Below are positions 61,529 to 64,000 of a DNA stretch of 64,000 nucleotides, piece after piece. Every line of letters starts with the position of its first letter. Position 1 is the stretch's first letter. The position numbers and the translations under genes are program-made. Origin of the DNA: an uncultured Christensenellaceae bacterium (lineage in GTDB: Bacteria; Bacillota; Clostridia; Christensenellales; UBA1242); assembly GCA_910587225.1 (NCBI GenBank), contig CAJULT010000003.1, positions 13,855-77,854 on the forward strand, written 5' to 3'. A model generated the notes under the pieces. That model was not told the origin of the DNA and ran no database searches. It was given only the letters and a program-made list of their open reading frames with translations.

Positions 61529-63115
61529 TTGACGTATATTATATACGCAGCCCTTTATGCTTCAATGACTATTTTCGCAGCCAAGCTAATTGACTGCCTT
61601 TATAATCAGGATTGGACAGGCGCGTTCATTTGGCTGGGTGTAGAGTTCGCAGATATTCTATTGCGAAACATATTTTACCATATTGAATGGATTATCTATA
61701 ACAAGCATTATGGCATAATGCGCAAAAACATCACAGGTAAAATTTACGATAAAATTTTAAGAATAGATGATAAAACTCTTAAAAAGTTTTCCCCTGAAAA
61801 GATTATAAATATCGCCCAAAACAACCTTTCCAACGCCTGCGAATTTAGCGATTACATATCAGGCATTATGTCTTACATGGTTCAAATCGGCATAGCCGTT
61901 GTTGCAATCTTCTCAGCAAATATTTATGCTGGGCTCGCCGTATCTGCACTGTGCCTTGTCAATTTCTTTGTTTATAACGCTCTCAATAAGAAAATGGGCA
62001 AAGCCCTCAGAGGACGCCATGAAGCCAAAGATAAAAGTTATCAAGACCTCAACCGCATTATTGAAGGCAAGGGCGTTATACACGAAATGGGAGCAAAAGA
62101 AAAATACAAAGAAATTTTACTGGGCGATATTGACATATTCAATAAACAATATACCAAGTATTACGTAACCCAGTCTTTCAGAGATAATGTATATTTCATT
62201 ATTTGGAATTTGGTGGTTTATGCTATCACTGCAGTACTTATCTTCCTTCTTTCAAAAGACGCTTTTGACATTGCGCTCTATCTTATCGTCGTACCTTATC
62301 TATCAAGTTGTACCGAGAAATTTAACACCCTCTACACCAAACTTGGCGGCATAGAACTTATGCGTGTTGATGTTGACCGAATTAACATGATCTTATCGCT
62401 CAGCGACAAAGAAATGATACAATACGGAAACATTAATACAATGACGGAAGGTTATAACCTTGGCTTAATTGATGTAAGCAAAGAGTATGAAAATGTTAAA
62501 CTTTCCAACGTGAACATTTCTTTTAAAATGCATTCGATAAACATTATCAAAGGCGAGCGAAGCTGTGGCAAGCGAGCAATATTTGATATGCTCCGCCGCC
62601 GCACAAAGCCAGACAATGGAACAGTGCTTCTTGACAACCTCAATCTTTACGATTACAGCGAAAAGACCTTTAAAAATCATATTGATTACTGTGCCGCCAA
62701 TCCTATTTTTGTAAACGGAACAGTAAAAGAAAACTTACTACTCGCAAACAAAGATTTTAGCTTTATAGAAAAGCAGGTTGAAGAACTTGGACTTGATAAA
62801 GTTATTTCTTCCCTGCCAGCAGGTTACGATACTTTGGTAAGCGATATAAAGAATGAAGAAACCAGATTTTGGATTGGGCTTATCAGAGCCACCCTATCAA
62901 AATGCAAGGTGCTTATGATTTACGAATATCCTGAACGGGTAAGCAAAAACTTCCAAGCTATGCTTGAAAAAATAGTCGCCTCCAGCGAACCTGATAAGCG
63001 AACTCTAATTCTCTTCACCCACAAAGACGAATATGACTATCTTGCAGATGCCATTTATGAAATCAAAGACGGCAAGGTTAAACAACAAGTTAAAAAAACT
63101 AAAAAGCAAGTTTAA
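61529..63115 (+). CDS. ABC exporter half-transporter (TMD-NBD fusion) with degenerate ATPase motifs; N-terminus interrupted by an in-frame TAG
   Basis: Six-helix TMD followed by an NBD with Walker A GERSCGKR, no Q-loop Gln, signature replaced by IKNEE, and Walker B VLMIYE. The frame continues upstream through TAG 61481-61483 to ATG 61433. Confidence 0.65.
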   Translation: MTYIIYAALYASMTIFAAKLIDCLYNQDWTGAFIWLGVEFADILLRNIFYHIEWIIYNKHYGIMRKNITGKIYDKILRIDDKTLKKFSPEKIINIAQNNLSNACEFSDYISGIMSYMVQIGIAVVAIFSANIYAGLAVSALCLVNFFVYNALNKKMGKALRGRHEAKDKSYQDLNRIIEGKGVIHEMGAKEKYKEILLGDIDIFNKQYTKYYVTQSFRDNVYFIIWNLVVYAITAVLIFLLSKDAFDIALYLIVVPYLSSCTEKFNTLYTKLGGIELMRVDVDRINMILSLSDKEMIQYGNINTMTEGYNLGLIDVSKEYENVKLSNVNISFKMHSINIIKGERSCGKRAIFDMLRRRTKPDNGTVLLDNLNLYDYSEKTFKNHIDYCAANPIFVNGTVKENLLLANKDFSFIEKQVEELGLDKVISSLPAGYDTLVSDIKNEETRFWIGLIRATLSKCKVLMIYEYPERVSKNFQAMLEKIVASSEPDKRTLILFTHKDEYDYLADAIYEIKDGKVKQQVKKTKKQV

Positions 63116-63124
63116 CAAAACAAG

Positions 63125-63152
63125 TTGACTTTTTATAATTTTGGTATATAAT
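63125..63152 (+). promoter_or_regulatory. Promoter of the ABC-F leader
   Basis: TTGACT (63125-63130), 16-nt spacer, TATAAT (63147-63152). Confidence 0.55.
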
Positions 63153-63183
63153 AATCATATATTAAAAAAGGAGAACAGGAAAA

Positions 63184-63213
63184 ATGAGCAATTTGAAATT
63201 AAGAGAAGTTTAA
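63184..63213 (+). CDS. Leader peptide MSNLKLREV (9 aa) of the ABC-F attenuator
   Basis: Strong SD AAGGAGAA 10 nt upstream. It stops 7 nt before the first leader hairpin. Confidence 0.5.
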   Translation: MSNLKLREV

Positions 63214-63310
63214 TGCCCGCATAAAACTGATAACTGGTTTTATGTGATGGATTCTTTCGTGCATATAAAACCGGTGGTGCTTAATTTCAAAGCAATTTTT
63301 TTGAATATAG

Positions 63311-63334
63311 ATCCGCCGCCTTGGTGGATTTTTT
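63311..63334 (+). terminator. Attenuator terminator in the ABC-F leader
   Basis: ATCCGCC (63311-63317) / GGTGGAT (63323-63329) with one G-U pair, then T6, about 50 nt before the ABC-F ATG. Confidence 0.6.
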
Positions 63335-63385
63335 ATATCTTTCAAGCTTTATATGCCTCAGTTATTTAAATTTGGAGGTAGTTAT

Positions 63386-64000
63386 ATGTTTATAAAATTA
63401 AATAATGTAAGCAAAAGTTTTGGAGATAAAGATCTTTTTGAAAATGTCAACCTTGATTTTTATCAGGGTATATATGGGGTTATTGGCGAGAATGGGACAG
63501 GGAAGACTACATTACTTAACCTTATTTCCAAACACGAATATTGCGATACAGGCGATATAAAAGTCAGTGGCAAACTTGCCTATCTAACTCAACTTGAAGC
63601 AAACAAAAATGAAAGCCCATTGTCATACGGGGAAAGATTACAAGTTCAAATTGATAAAATATTAAATTCAGGCGCAGATATACTTCTACTCGATGAGCCA
63701 ACAAATCACTTAGATGTTGAAAAGCAACAAGCTTTAATAGTTAAACTGCTTTCCTTTAATGGACTTGTGATAATCGTTTCGCATGATGTAAACTTTCTAA
63801 GACAGACCGCCGATCATATTGTTGAAATTGAAAATAAAAAAGTGCAAGTCTATAATTGTGGCTACGATGACTATAAAGAAATAAAGCGTATAAACAAGCA
63901 ATCGCAATGGAATGAATATAACAAAGCACAAAAACAGGAGCAAGCTTTAAATAAACAAATTCGCGAAATTACTAATTGGGCAAACGAGGCAAATGCTTAT
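63386..64000 (+). CDS. ABC-F family ATPase (antibiotic-resistance/ribosome-protection type), 3' end beyond the window
   Basis: Hand-translated as MFIKLNNVSKSFGDKDLF...GENGTGKTT (Walker A), LSYGERLQV (signature), LLLDEPTNHLD (Walker B), then a Q/K-rich linker. No TMD. SD GGAGG. Confidence 0.8.
   Translation, partial: MFIKLNNVSKSFGDKDLFENVNLDFYQGIYGVIGENGTGKTTLLNLISKHEYCDTGDIKVSGKLAYLTQLEANKNESPLSYGERLQVQIDKILNSGADILLLDEPTNHLDVEKQQALIVKLLSFNGLVIIVSHDVNFLRQTADHIVEIENKKVQVYNCGYDDYKEIKRINKQSQWNEYNKAQKQEQALNKQIREITNWANEANAY

Overview
Chromosomal segment from a low-GC, spore-forming Firmicutes/Clostridia-like bacterium. The taxonomic call is inferred from A/T-rich spacers, the sporulation genes yabP, yabQ and spoIIP, a Spo0A C-terminal-domain gene, and a BclA-like collagen protein. 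The window holds about 60 genes, mostly on the minus strand. Housekeeping genes include trpS, gltX, dnaB, typA, cysK, glyA, murB, galE, an rluA-family gene, and tRNA-Gly(CCC), tRNA-Asn(GTT) and tRNA-Ser(TGA). Accessory content is large. There are two giant surface proteins: one of more than 1,730 codons that runs off the window start and is split by an in-frame TGA, and one 3,153-aa lipoprotein followed by three unknown genes. There are also several lipoproteins, a cadC-cadA metal efflux pair, three DegV paralogs, a small islet of NTase, GNAT and UDG-like genes beside tRNA-Ser, and an ABC-F gene with a leader-peptide attenuator. I found no transposase, integrase, CRISPR array or recognisable defence system. 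The strongest non-coding signal is an ORF-free, promoter-driven, roughly 575-nt structured region (10538-11113) directly upstream of a 185-aa four-TM protein gene. That arrangement matches the published OLE RNA / OapA pairing; if it fails an OLE model it would be a new large ncRNA. Other items worth follow-up: (1) a tRNA-Asn leader carrying a partial tRNA copy plus a perfect 20-nt antisense copy of the tRNA body; (2) a G9 tract inside a lipoprotein promoter spacer; (3) several consensus promoters placed 6-8 nt from ATG codons that lack a Shine-Dalgarno, suggesting leaderless mRNAs; (4) paired TTCGAC (0A-box-like) motifs; (5) in-frame stops in two genes. All calls come from reading the sequence and ORF track by eye, and no database search was run.
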